A stretch of DNA of 63,812 nt, counting the filler, from Stramenopiles sp. TOSAG23-2 (Eukaryota), in the NCBI GenBank assembly GCA_900128395.1. It is 3 parts of 3 records of this genome, joined end to end, with 100 filler letters (N's around TTAATTAATTAA, not from the genome) between each part and the next. Parts side by side here need not be neighbours in the genome. Positions count along the whole stretch, not along the records: positions 1 to 22,628 come from LT649507.1; 2 more parts are not named here. One strand, given 5' to 3'. Shown here piece after piece: positions 1 through 12,000 of this stretch; the first letter of the stretch is position 1; each line of letters opens with the position of its first letter. A model generated the notes under the pieces. It was not told the origin of the DNA. It saw nothing but the letters and a program-made list of their open reading frames with translations, and ran no database searches. The position numbers and the translations under genes are program-made.

Positions 1-4
1 TGAC

Positions 5-1915
5 TTGGAACAAGCGATTCGTATTGCATATCAAGGAAATAAATGTGCTTGGCGTGTGGTAACGTTGAATGGGGAATTAATCGAACAAAGTGGCGCTATG
101 TCTGGTGGTGGGAAAAAAGTTCGACGAGGTCGTATGGGAAGCAGTGTACAACAATCCACAACCAATGAACCACGTATTACGGAAAAAGATATTGAAGCAG
201 TTGCAATGGCACTTGATCGAGCAGAGAAAATTCGCAATGAGGCTCGGGATACAAGGCGAGGTTTGGAAAGGGAAATTAGGGAACTTACTGGAATTTTAAA
301 GAAGTTAAATGTCCGTATACCAAAGATGGAAGTCGAATTGCAATCTGCTGACACACAAATTCCAGAATTGAAAGCAACGATTGAAGAGCTATCGAAGCAA
401 TTGGAGTTAAGTGAGGAAGAATCTGCGCATTTGACCGGTCTTGAAAAGACAAACAAAGAGCAAGATCGTAAATACAAATTAGCCAAAGCAAAAGCGGATG
501 TATTTATCGCTGCCGTTGGTGCCTTGGAAAAGCAAATTATGAATGCTGGTGGCGCTCGTTTGCAAAAAGCTAAAAGTGCTGTTGTAAAAGCACAAAATAC
601 TGCAACTGAAATACAAGCACAATATTCAAAATTATCGCAACAAATCAAACAAGCGAAAAAGGTTGCATTAGCTGCTTCACAAAAGCAAGAAACGCAGCAA
701 GTCGAAGCTGAAAAGTTAGAGCAAAAATACGAGAAAACAAAAGCGAAATTTAAACAAATCGAGGAAGATGCATTGGAAGTGTTGGAAAAATTTGAGCAAG
801 TTGGGCAAGCAAAGGAAGAGAAAGAGAAGGAATTGAAAGCATTGAATAAAAGTTATTCAAAATCTTCGGCTGAATTGAAAAAAATACGGGATGGCTTACA
901 ATCATTTTTAAATGAAATGGAAGATTTAGATCGCCAATTTAATGAAGCTGATACCACTGCTAAGGCATGGGAAACGAAATTGAATGAATTAAAAGCTGAA
1001 GGGGTAAATGGTGAACAAACAATGGAGGAAGGTGTAGAAGAAGACGGTAACAATGAGAACAAGGAAATGTCTGACAATAGCGCTGATGATAATAGTAACA
1101 ACAATGAAAATAATGAAAACAATAGTATTTATAAAAAACCAACATTAATAACCCCTACGAATGAATTTTTAGAAGGTATTGTCGAAAAAAATTTAGAAAA
1201 TGAAATTAAAAGTTTGCAATCATCTGTTGAGAAATTGCGTGACAATGTTGATATGAATGCAATTGAAGAATATCGCAAGCTTGAACAAGAGTGTAGTGAA
1301 CGCATCAACGAATTTCAAGCTGCTACCCAAACACGGGATGAAATACGTGATGTATATGAAAATTTGCGCAAACAACGCTTAAGCACTTTCATGTCTGGCT
1401 TTCAGATTATCACGATGAAATTGAAGGAAATGTACCAAATGATTACCCTTGGTGGGGATGCAGAATTGGAACTTGTTGATACCTTGGATCCATTTAGTGA
1501 AGGTATTGTATTTAGTGTGCGTCCAAAGGGTAAAAGTTGGAAAAATATTGCAAATTTATCTGGCGGGGAGAAAACGCTGAGCTCATTGGCATTGGTGTTT
1601 GCTCTACATCATTTTAAACCAACGCCATTGTATGTGATGGACGAAATTGATGCTGCATTAGATTTTAGAAACGTATCTATTGTTGCAAATTATATTAAAG
1701 AGAGAACTAAGAATGCTCAATTTATCATCATCAGTTTACGCAATAACATGTTTGATTTAGCTAATCGTTTAGTTGGTATATATAAGACGCATGATGTAAC
1801 TAAAAGCGTTGCCGTCAATCCAAAAAAGATTATGAAAGATGCTATGGCATTTAAATTAAAGCAAATGCAACGTCAGCGACAAGGTGGGGCATTGGGTGAC
1901 GTTACAAATGCCTAA
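5..1915 (+). CDS. SMC4: Condensin subunit SMC4, C-terminal part (5'-truncated by window edge)
   Basis: Hinge end (VTLNGELIEQSGAMSGGG), long coiled coil, ABC signature LSGGEKTLSSLAL, Walker B YVMDEIDAALD, and the SMC4-typical GGDAELELVDTLDPFSEGIVFSVRP..KSWKNI. Confidence 0.95.
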   Translation: MEQAIRIAYQGNKCAWRVVTLNGELIEQSGAMSGGGKKVRRGRMGSSVQQSTTNEPRITEKDIEAVAMALDRAEKIRNEARDTRRGLEREIRELTGILKKLNVRIPKMEVELQSADTQIPELKATIEELSKQLELSEEESAHLTGLEKTNKEQDRKYKLAKAKADVFIAAVGALEKQIMNAGGARLQKAKSAVVKAQNTATEIQAQYSKLSQQIKQAKKVALAASQKQETQQVEAEKLEQKYEKTKAKFKQIEEDALEVLEKFEQVGQAKEEKEKELKALNKSYSKSSAELKKIRDGLQSFLNEMEDLDRQFNEADTTAKAWETKLNELKAEGVNGEQTMEEGVEEDGNNENKEMSDNSADDNSNNNENNENNSIYKKPTLITPTNEFLEGIVEKNLENEIKSLQSSVEKLRDNVDMNAIEEYRKLEQECSERINEFQAATQTRDEIRDVYENLRKQRLSTFMSGFQIITMKLKEMYQMITLGGDAELELVDTLDPFSEGIVFSVRPKGKSWKNIANLSGGEKTLSSLALVFALHHFKPTPLYVMDEIDAALDFRNVSIVANYIKERTKNAQFIIISLRNNMFDLANRLVGIYKTHDVTKSVAVNPKKIMKDAMAFKLKQMQRQRQGGALGDVTNA

Positions 1916-2023
1916 AATTTCTACGAAATTCGTAAAAAATATGTACGAAGTTCGTCTCTTTTTACAGTACGAAGTGAAAGTATATCTTGCCAGATTGATG
2001 CATCATACGTAAATAAAAAAAAA

Positions 2024-2060
<37 letters not shown>

Positions 2061-2285
2061 AGATATTATATTATTTTATTTAAAAATTAACAATAATAGC
2101 GTGTGTGCGTCTTTTTTTTTCTTTTTGACAAAATAGAAATATATTTTAAATTTTGGTGTGCATAAATTGTTTTCGTGAAAAAAATTTATGCTCCTCTCCT
2201 GGGCTATGCATATATATGTTTACATATATGCATAGGTAGATACACACACGCTATCATACAAAATACACATGTACATAAATTTAAT

Positions 2286-2933
2286 TTAACAGCATGATTT
2301 TTTCTGTCTACCATTATCAACTCCACTAGCACCTCGCAACTGCTGTCCGCGTTGTCCATTTTGCAAGGTATCAACCATACCACTATCCACAATTTTTTTT
2401 AATAATAACATAAACGCTTCTTCCACATTTTTGTTTGTTTTTGCACTTGTTTCGATAAATTCAATACCGTGTTTCTTCGCTGCTGCTAATCCTTGTTCAT
2501 ACGATATGACGCGTTGGTTGCCTGTTAAACTATTCTCTAGATCTGATTTATTGCCTACTAAAATAACTTGTGGCGGTGCGCCACTTGGAGTATTCTCCGT
2601 TTTCTCTTTAATTTTTTTCATCCAATATTCAATTTTTTCAAAAGATTTTTCGTTAGTTACATCATAGACTAATAGCATGCCATGACAACCACGAAAATAT
2701 GCAAATGTTATTGTGTGAAACCTTTCTTGACCTGCTGTGTCCCACAATGTAATAGAATATGGTTTTCCATTTAACTCTACCTCTTTCTTCTTATAATCAA
2801 AACCGAAAGTAATTAAATGCGAGTCATTAAAACCACCGTCGGCAAACATATATAATAAACAAGTTTTACCAACTGCTGAGTTTCCTATCGTGAGTATTTT
2901 TAATTTTGGTGATGTATTTGCATTTGGGTTCAT
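2286..2933 (-). CDS. Rab GTPase, Rab8/Rab10/Sec4-like
   Basis: GNSAVGKT P-loop, WDTAGQERFHTIT, GNKSD, ETSAK, C-terminal CC prenylation motif. Confidence 0.9.
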   Translation of the reverse strand: MNPNANTSPKLKILTIGNSAVGKTCLLYMFADGGFNDSHLITFGFDYKKKEVELNGKPYSITLWDTAGQERFHTITFAYFRGCHGMLLVYDVTNEKSFEKIEYWMKKIKEKTENTPSGAPPQVILVGNKSDLENSLTGNQRVISYEQGLAAAKKHGIEFIETSAKTNKNVEEAFMLLLKKIVDSGMVDTLQNGQRGQQLRGASGVDNGRQKKSCC

Positions 2934-3882
2934 TTCAAATTCAATAAATATCTATATCTATTTGTATATATATGTGTGTATGTATGTATGTATGTATGTA
3001 TTTTTTAATGGAATCTGTTGTATATTGATATTTTCACCGTAATTATATATCATATATAATATATGATATATGTATGTGGTATATGATACTGTATGATATA
3101 TAAATAATATATCTTTTATTCGGATACTAATACATTTTTGAAATTATTATTCATCATCATCAAGAGTACCTGTGGTAGTGGCACAAGAAGTATATTAATA
3201 TTACAGTTCATTATACCTGGATTACCAGATTACCACAGGTATATTATTTTACTACATTTTCAATTACAACATTACTACATATGTGCATATAGGAGATTTA
3301 CTCCATTTAGACTATGTAAACTGATGACAAAAAAAGACGTGTGACGACTTTGTATTTTAAATATGACAAGAAGAAATGCAATAATAAGGGGAGGTTCGAA
3401 TTGTATTTATTACCTGTTATAATACTATACCTGTGCTATTTTAGAAGAAAGAACAACAATCATCTTCTACATTTTTAAAAATCATCAGGCCTTAGCAGGC
3501 AGCAGGCTGGGCAGGTCAACTGCCAGGTGCTCAGCACCAAAATCATATTATATTATTTTCCACAACATGCACAACACATCATATTGAAAAATAATTGTAT
3601 ATATTATAATATGTTTATAATTGAAATAATATATACATTGTCACACATATAGTAAGCTTGTAGAAGTTGTATCAGACAGTTTGTAAAACAGAACTTTTAC
3701 ATTTTATAAGTAGAGCAAACAAACAAACGAAACGGGTATACACATATATACATATATATATACACACATACATACGTACATACGTAAATAGTTACAACAA
3801 GATTCATAAATAGTACAATTTATTGCTACATTTTTTGAAATAATATCGTTGGTTTTTACTGGTTTTTAATATTATTATAACC

Positions 3883-6540
3883 ATGGATCAAAATTCCTCT
3901 TCAACGACGTCTGGTGTAGTGCCAAGTGCACCAACAACAGCAACAACTACAAATAATTCCATGACTCCTACAACGAATGGTAATAATAATGTAGATGCAA
4001 AAGCGCGTTTTACAGATTTATTTAATGAATATGTACAGCAAGGTATGGCCCCAAATGTCGCAGCAGCAACTGCATTGAAAACTATTTCAACGCAAATGTC
4101 TGAAAAGAAAGATAACGATAATAATAAGCAAACAGAACATAGTGGTGAAGGCAATGATGCAACAGCTACAAATGTAACTAGCTCTTCTGCCGTCAAGAAA
4201 ATGGAAGGTGGGTCGATTACATCATCGATGTCTTCTTCTTCTTCTTCTTCTTCCTCCTCCTCCTCCTCCACAAAACGACCGTCGCCAACAATATCATCCC
4301 CTGGTCGTGGTAAAAAGATGAAAGACGCTATTGATGACAAAGTGATAATAATAAACCAACAAGATTCACTGATCAAAACAGCTGCAAAAATGACATTGGA
4401 AGATCAAATATCGAAAAGTAAGGATGCAAATGGTATTCTTGATTTTAAATCGTTTTTAAACATAGTTGATGGAACATCTGTAGCGAAAGATCTAAATGAA
4501 TTATTTGGTCGTAAGGATACTTTTAACAATAGCTTCATTGATGTATCGACCTTATGCAATGAAAATGATCATGCTGTCGATTTAGTTACAGTGAAACAAG
4601 TGTATGATTTACTTTTAAACAATCAGAAATATAGTAGTGCAAAAAATGCTATGATGACTGGATCATTTTTATTGGTCAACGAATTGGAAATGTGGGTCAA
4701 ACGTTTGCCAAAATCAATGACGGAATGGAAGGATCCGTATGAATTACGAGGATTTTTTATTTTGCTATTAAACCCATTGATTAAAGATCCGGATTATACC
4801 GCATTTGCATCACATTTATTTATTGCAACATCTAACTTGCCTGATTGTGCTAAATTTATATTACGAAAATGGTTGCATAAATTACCATGTGATGTATTTG
4901 ATTCGTTGGTACATAGTATACAACAATATATTACATGTTCTGTGTATAAAGAAAGTAGCATTGAGCCATTTATTAGTAGCGCTACAATTATATTGAACGA
5001 TTTATTTATCGTTTTTCAAGATCGTTTCAACGTTGTTGTTGATAGCAGTAACGATGGAAATAACAATGCTTTAACTATGATGGAGGTCGATAAAAAAGAA
5101 TCTAGTAATAGTGGTAACGGCAACAGCAATAATAGTGATAACTCATCACATTCAAAATCAGAAGTAAGATTACCAACGAAATTGACTTTTAATGACTTTG
5201 AAAACGATGCTATTAATGAAGAAATTGATTTGAAAGAAGATTTTAGAACCTGGTATCTTTCGAGGCGTGAAAATATGCAACGTAATCGTGCGCCATCTGA
5301 TTTTGGGGATCATAAAATGAGATTTTCATTTTGTTTGTATCCATTTATATTAGATGCAGCAGCGAAGGCAAATATATTGCGGTACGAAGCATCTGTCGAG
5401 CAGCAAAAAAATCAAAGGCAATCCTTTATGGAACATATGATGCCAAATGGTTTAGGACAATTCACTGTACGAGCGGACGTTATGTATTTAGTGTTAAAGG
5501 TTCGCCGTGACCATATTGTTGAAGACACATTAACAAAAGTTGATTCAAAGCCAAACAGTGATTTGAAAAAACCATTGAAAATTATATTTGAAGGCGAGGA
5601 AGGTGTAGACGAAGGGGGCGTTAAAAAAGAATTTTTCCAAGTGATGTTACGAAATTTATTGGATCCGAATTATGGAATGTTTCTATACAACGAAAAATCC
5701 AGGCAATTGTGGTTTAATTGCGATACGTTCGAAAATCCGGTGAAATATCATTTATTTGGCACATTATTAGGCTTGGCGATTTACAATCAAGTTATTTTAG
5801 ATATTCATTTTCCCCTTGTATTATTTAAACGTTTAGTAGAAGGCAATAAATATACACCAACGTTGGAAGATTTAAAGGAAATTGATGTTGATATTTACAA
5901 AAGTTTGGAGATGATATTAACGTGCGATGATGCCAGTTTAGTTGGTAGCACTTTTGAAATTAGTCGTAAATCAATGTTCGGTGAAATTATCAATACGGAG
6001 TTAAAACCAGGCGGTGCAGATATAGATGTAAGCAACGAAAATAGGGAAGAATTTGTACAATTATATGTGAAACATTTGTTAGTTGATAGTGTGTTGAAAC
6101 AATATGATGCATTTAGGCGTGGTTTTCAACGAGTTTGTGATTCAAAACCTTTTACATTTTTCCGCGCAGATGAACTTGAATTATTAATTTGTGGGAGTCC
6201 TAATTTGGATTTTTATGATTTAGAAGAAGGTACATTGTATGAAGGATTTGAAACCTCAAGCCAAGTTGTACTTGATTTTTGGGATATTGTACATAATGAA
6301 ATGACCGAAAAAGAACGCCGGCTGTTACTTACATTTGCTACCGGTAGCGATCGTGCACCAATTAAAGGTTTGGGTGAGTTGAAATTTGTTATAGCACGTG
6401 CCGGGCCAAATAGTGATCAATTACCAACATCACACACTTGTTTTAATCATTTATTACTGCCAGAATATGACAGTAGAACAAAATTAAAGAAAAATTTGAT
6501 GTTAGCCATTACACAAAGTGAAGGTTTTGGATTGATGTAA
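3883..6540 (+). CDS. HECT E3 ubiquitin ligase, UBE3A/HERC-like
   Basis: FSFCLYPFILD, LKVRRDHIVED, FEGEEGVDEGGVKKEFFQ, catalytic LPTSHTCFN, terminal EGFGLM. Confidence 0.93.
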   Translation: MDQNSSSTTSGVVPSAPTTATTTNNSMTPTTNGNNNVDAKARFTDLFNEYVQQGMAPNVAAATALKTISTQMSEKKDNDNNKQTEHSGEGNDATATNVTSSSAVKKMEGGSITSSMSSSSSSSSSSSSSTKRPSPTISSPGRGKKMKDAIDDKVIIINQQDSLIKTAAKMTLEDQISKSKDANGILDFKSFLNIVDGTSVAKDLNELFGRKDTFNNSFIDVSTLCNENDHAVDLVTVKQVYDLLLNNQKYSSAKNAMMTGSFLLVNELEMWVKRLPKSMTEWKDPYELRGFFILLLNPLIKDPDYTAFASHLFIATSNLPDCAKFILRKWLHKLPCDVFDSLVHSIQQYITCSVYKESSIEPFISSATIILNDLFIVFQDRFNVVVDSSNDGNNNALTMMEVDKKESSNSGNGNSNNSDNSSHSKSEVRLPTKLTFNDFENDAINEEIDLKEDFRTWYLSRRENMQRNRAPSDFGDHKMRFSFCLYPFILDAAAKANILRYEASVEQQKNQRQSFMEHMMPNGLGQFTVRADVMYLVLKVRRDHIVEDTLTKVDSKPNSDLKKPLKIIFEGEEGVDEGGVKKEFFQVMLRNLLDPNYGMFLYNEKSRQLWFNCDTFENPVKYHLFGTLLGLAIYNQVILDIHFPLVLFKRLVEGNKYTPTLEDLKEIDVDIYKSLEMILTCDDASLVGSTFEISRKSMFGEIINTELKPGGADIDVSNENREEFVQLYVKHLLVDSVLKQYDAFRRGFQRVCDSKPFTFFRADELELLICGSPNLDFYDLEEGTLYEGFETSSQVVLDFWDIVHNEMTEKERRLLLTFATGSDRAPIKGLGELKFVIARAGPNSDQLPTSHTCFNHLLLPEYDSRTKLKKNLMLAITQSEGFGLM

Positions 6541-6741
6541 AAAGCAAAAGATTATGCCATTACAAGGATGATAGCATTGTGGAGATAGTGTAATAAAACC
6601 ATATACTTTAAGTACATTTTAAGCTATATAAAATCAGCTGTTTTACTTATACACGGCCATTGTCTGATTTTCATTATCATATTATTTTATATTAATGGGT
6701 ACATTGAAAGTGTTGATATATTTATATATATGCATATATTA

Positions 6742-6838
6742 ATATATAAAATGTTCTCTTACTCATATAATATATATATGTGTTTTTCTCTTACTCATAT
6801 GTTATATATATATATGAGTAAGAGAACATTTTATATAT
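6742..6838. repeat. 97-bp foldback/MITE-like element with perfect 28-bp inverted arms
   Basis: atatataaaatgttctcttactcatata (6742-6769) and its exact reverse complement (6811-6838); arm copies at 37372-37398, 39341-39366, 43968-43995. Confidence 0.75.
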
Positions 6839-6921
6839 ATTTGTAAATGGAGATTATAAGTGTATGCAACAACCAAAACTACGAACCACAGTCCCATTTT
6901 GTACTTTACTTTTTTTAACTT

Positions 6922-9900
6922 TTAACTTCTCCCAATCTTCAAATTTCTATATGCTTCCAATCTGTATTGCACATTATCATCATTTCTGCTCCCATCTTTA
7001 CTCATAGAATATATATGATGGCATTTTAAACGTTTAGGTAGCATACGTTTTGATTCAATCGGTTGATCGTTTATGTACAAATTCATGCTGGAAATACTTT
7101 GCTGCTGCGAATTATTAGAATGATTTCCTCTTCTTTCTTTACAAAGTAATATTTTGTGACACGGTTTGAATGATGTTATTATTAATTCGTTAAAATTGGT
7201 TGAAAGTTCTGCAAATTTATTCCCCTTTAACAACACATTGCTATCAGTCGCTATTGAGTTAGTGGTCGTCGTCGTGGCAGCATTTATTATTGTTGATGAT
7301 GCTACTTTCGAGTATTGTGAATCACCTTCATTAAGAGTATCTCGTGCAATGCTATATTCAAAACATCTTTTGCTTTGAATAGCAATTTTTTCAATTTCCA
7401 GCTGTTTCTTTTTATCGATATTCAATATTTTTAAAACATTTGCACCATCAAAAAATATTTTTGCTTCTCCTGTCCCATCATCGCCTAAAACGCTGCATTC
7501 CCAACTTTGATAATTATTGATATTGCTAATACGAGGTCTTAAAGATACGTAAAGCACTTGTCGAATGAATATATGGAATTTCATCATAATAAAACTATTT
7601 AATTTTGATAATTTTGAAATCGAACCGAATTGTGTATATGTCAAAACATTTTCACTACTTGTAACTTTCTTATATACAATTTTGCTTTCACTATGAGAAA
7701 GACTTGATTTTAAAAGAGATACATGCGTGCTTTTCGTCCCTTTCTTCGCATTGAATGATTGTTCTGCTAGATATGTCTTACCACTTAGATTATTAATTCG
7801 TAGAAACAAGTGTTTAATTTCTATCAATGAACCAATATGTAAACCATCTGGTAATATAAACCGATGGCAATCGAAATAAAAATCAATCTGATCCATTGTA
7901 TGTACATCTTGTACTGTCAATTTTAACTTATTTTCGAAATCACCTGTACCGAGTAAATTACGAATGTCCTGTTTCGAATTTTGTGGCAACATGCGATTTT
8001 GAATTCCATTCCTATTATTGCTTTGAGAGAGTTCTGTCTTCTTATCACTAACACGGCCGATAATATTGATATTCAGTTTATTTGAATTACCTGCTGCGGC
8101 GCATAAAGACAGACACTCCGTAACGCTCATTGTTTTCGAATTATCCATGCTACTTGTATCTTCCAAATTTCCTTTGGTAGAAACAATAATTGGGGAAATA
8201 ATTGGTGCAATAATTGGGGAAATAATTGAATCGGAATGTAAATAGACGCGCGATATGCTTGCTTTAATGTTAGTATTAGTAAGGTTATTCGCCACAATTT
8301 GTTTTACATCATGGATTTTGATGTAGTATTGATCATATTTCGGATACATTGCGAGTATCAATGCTAATGATGGTGGAAAACCATTCTCGTAAAACGATAT
8401 CCAGACGGGGCGTTTCGTATCTACACTTCCAGTCTTTTTGGAATTGTATATTAATTTACCACTTTCAACCACAATTTTTGAATTTTTGTTCCAAATACAA
8501 TTTTGATTATTATCGCATACTCTTGTTAGCACATATCCTTCCATTCTAAAATTTAGATAATAGCCATTTTTAATGTCTGGAATAAGTGTGACATGACTTA
8601 TATTTGTAATCTTTACAGGCACAGTAATACCTGAAACATTATTGCATTCCATTGTAGGTAACGAAGGTGACGATACCAATTGATAAGAGGACATAAATGA
8701 CAAATCAAAGTCATTTTTACATATTTGGATGTAACGTCTGTGGCATCTTCTTCTTCTGTGGCGATCATGTGACCGATTCTTACTAACGTTGTAATATTCA
8801 TCCACGATACAAAATGAATTCAACTTAAATATTGTTTTCGTAGTGGTCTCGGGCTCTTCGTTAGAAAAAGCTGGTGTAGTTGTATTATAACCTTTATTAA
8901 ATGCCTTTAATAAAACATTGAAAAAAGTTAGATCTGTTGAAGTATTGTCATTGGTAAATACGACAGGTAACTCTCCCGTTTCATCTTGGATTATCAATTT
9001 TCCACTACAATTACAACCATTAAACCAAACTAACAAAGCAATCGAGTCATTTTTGTAAATTTTTGATGAATGCGCTATGAAAGTCTTTGGGAATGAATTA
9101 TTATCATTACTATCTGCATTGATGTTCCTTCCAATATTAATATTTATGACTTCCCTTATTGTTAACGTTATTGGTAAGGTATTAAAATTTCTTGCATTAA
9201 ATAATACATCATCACATGTATCATCATATAATTCGCTAAATGGTATCATGAAGTCTAAATTTCGATTGCAGCATTTATCATGGAACAAAAATTCCAAATA
9301 TAAATTTCTTGAGGTTGTCGCTCGAACCATTTCAGATCCATCACACATATGCTTGGCGATGTTTGCATTATTATTAATTTTTGATAGATCGGATTTTGGA
9401 AATATATTTATAGAGCCAAGCAATTCATCGCATAACTTAACAATATAATCCATACCCTTACAACTTCTGGGCAACATGAATTTTTGTTGAAATTTGTGCA
9501 AAGTTCGATTTACCCACAACAGCTCCTTGGTATTAAAATTGTACCTTCGACAAAAATGTACAAAATGAAATTTATTTCTATTATTTTTTAAACAATGTCC
9601 TTGTACTTCGTTCCTTGGTGGATATAAATTTCTGGAGCTAAATTTAAGAATCTGTATTTGTGATACAGCACATGTCGCAAAACCAATTTTGACCATGTTA
9701 GTCTTTCCATATATATAATGGACATTTTTCAAATAGAGTTCAGCGTTTGGAACAATGGCCTTCGTATATATATTACGTGTGGTTGAAATTTCATGTTAGG
9801 AAAGGGAGTTTTTTTTTATTTGTATCAACTAATGAAAGTACTACTTACAACGCCGCCATTTGTACACGACTCGCCAGAAAATGATAATAGTAATAAAAAT

Positions 9901-11279
9901 TTATGATCTAATTCGTACACATCGTGATGCAAACGTTTTGTTACTATGCCATGATAGTTGACAACATTTCGTAAATGTTGTATTATATTTTCTGCTTCAT
10001 TATGGTTTTCTTCTTCCGTACATAGTTCTGTTGACTTAACATTATCATGATTCAATTGAGAAAAAGGTATATTTATATTCACATGAATTGTCTTCATTGT
10101 TGAAACAGGCAAATTTGGAGTAGAATTTTGATTTGATAATTTTTCACTTTTAAGCATTTTACTTTTTAAATATGAATATGGAACGTAAATTTCTTGCTCG
10201 ATGCTATTGATCGATAAACTTGCTTTTGATAAATTTGTTATCTCATATACATTATCTATATGTAAAAATGGATACCAATCTACAGCATATTTGCCTTTTA
10301 ATTCAATGAATTTTTCGTCTTCAATAATAACAGAATCATACATGTCATAATCTTCATCATTTATTACTTGTACAATTAAAAATATATGCTTTGGTATAGC
10401 TGTATTCATCTCTTTGTTTAAATTAACATTTGTGTTTTTGCGTCTTTTTTTCTTAATTTTTTTTTGACGTGATTTTGTTGTTATTAATGGTGTAACAGCT
10501 TTTAATATAAATTTTAATTTTTTACAATTTTTTGGAACTTCCATCTTTTTGCTTTTTTTTATTATTTGTTTGTTGTCGTATTCATTTGGATTAGCCTTAA
10601 AGCCATTTTCAAGTGTGATACGTTGGCGCTTCGATAGTTGAGCTGGCGAATTATTTTTTTGATGATTCTCCACAAAGTTTGTATTTCCATCATTAATATC
10701 TACACCAATGCTATTATCCATATTTTGACTGTTACTATTATTACCATCGTTTTCATACTCTTTATTTAATTTATTTATCATTAGCTGAATACCAGAATCA
10801 TGAAATTGTAAGTATGGAATTTGTTTTACTTTACAATTTGGATTTTTGCAATATGGCTGTTGGGCACATGGAGAATAGTAACGAAGTGAATATTCTTTAA
10901 ATAACCACATACCATTTAAATATTCAACTTTTGGTAATATACATATGCATGAAATTGTTTTGTTTGATATATCAAAACATTGTAAACATATAAAGCCATT
11001 GTCAACGGATGGTCGACTTACTGTTTTAAACTTCACAATAATAGGAGTCTGTAATATATCTATTTCTTTGGCAATTACAGATTTTGTTGTTGCTGTTGCT
11101 GATGATGATGATGACGACGACGATGTGGTGGGGGAGATAATGAAATTAGCATTATTTATTATAGTTTCTATATCAATATATTTTTCAACATTTTTTTGTA
11201 CAAATTCACACTCTTTCTGATCAAAAAGCCACTTGGAAGAATTGGGGATTTTTCTTTCTTTACTATTTTTATCATCCAT
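6922..11279 (-). CDS. CTC1: CST complex subunit CTC1-like (2 exons: 11279-9849, 9759-6922; ~1422 aa)
   Basis: Phase-0 intron 9848-9760 (GTAAGT...CTAAC...AAG) joins the two ORFs in frame; motifs VVNYHGIVTK..VYELD, LIIQDETGELPV, LPDGLHIGSLIEI, LGDDGTGEAKI resemble CTC1 OB-fold segments in the same order. Confidence 0.7.
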
Positions 11280-12000
11280 TCCTTGTAATTTTGAAGGTGA
11301 AAACGCATGTGCTCTATACAGTAATGGTAATGGTGTGTTGTTTTCTGTTGTTTACTTTTTATTTTCAAAACAGTTCCTATTTTGTCTTGTGCATGCTTGT
11401 TTTTGATATAAATGTATAGTTTTCTATTACTGTGTGCCTGTAATAATTTTAATAATAACGACGATGATGTTGTGTGTGGGATTATATTATTATTATTAGC
11501 TAGCAGGGCACCAGGAGGAATGATTATTCCCTCGTAAGTTTTTTTTGTATTATTGTGCTATTATTGAAATTATTCCTATTCACTATAGTATCAGTATTAT
11601 AGCACATCATTATTCATTTTACTATTATTGTACTGGCCAGCTGGGGTTGTTGTTTACAATATGTTGTTGTGTTGTTTAATTTTTTATATCCAGATAGACT
11701 ACTATTTTTTAGTATTAATATTATAGTGTTGCTAGTAGCTACTGTACTACTAGAACTACTAAAAAAAAATAAAAAAAAAAAATAATACCTGGTATAACAG
11801 ACGTGTAGCACTGTACAGTAATGCACTAATGCATCACTAATATAATACATAATTCTAGAATAATAATTCAAAAAAAAAAAAATAATAAAAAAATAACAAA
11901 TTTAAAAATATATATTGCTGGATTGAACCTAATACAAAACAATTGACACATTTATAAATAGACAATTATATATATGTAATATAACATAGTCCATCTTATT

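Noticed and set aside
31-648. Long antisense ORFs (also 3888-4376, 43035-43703, 47742-49859, 57660-58187)
   Set aside because: Shadows of real genes on the opposite strand; no independent motifs
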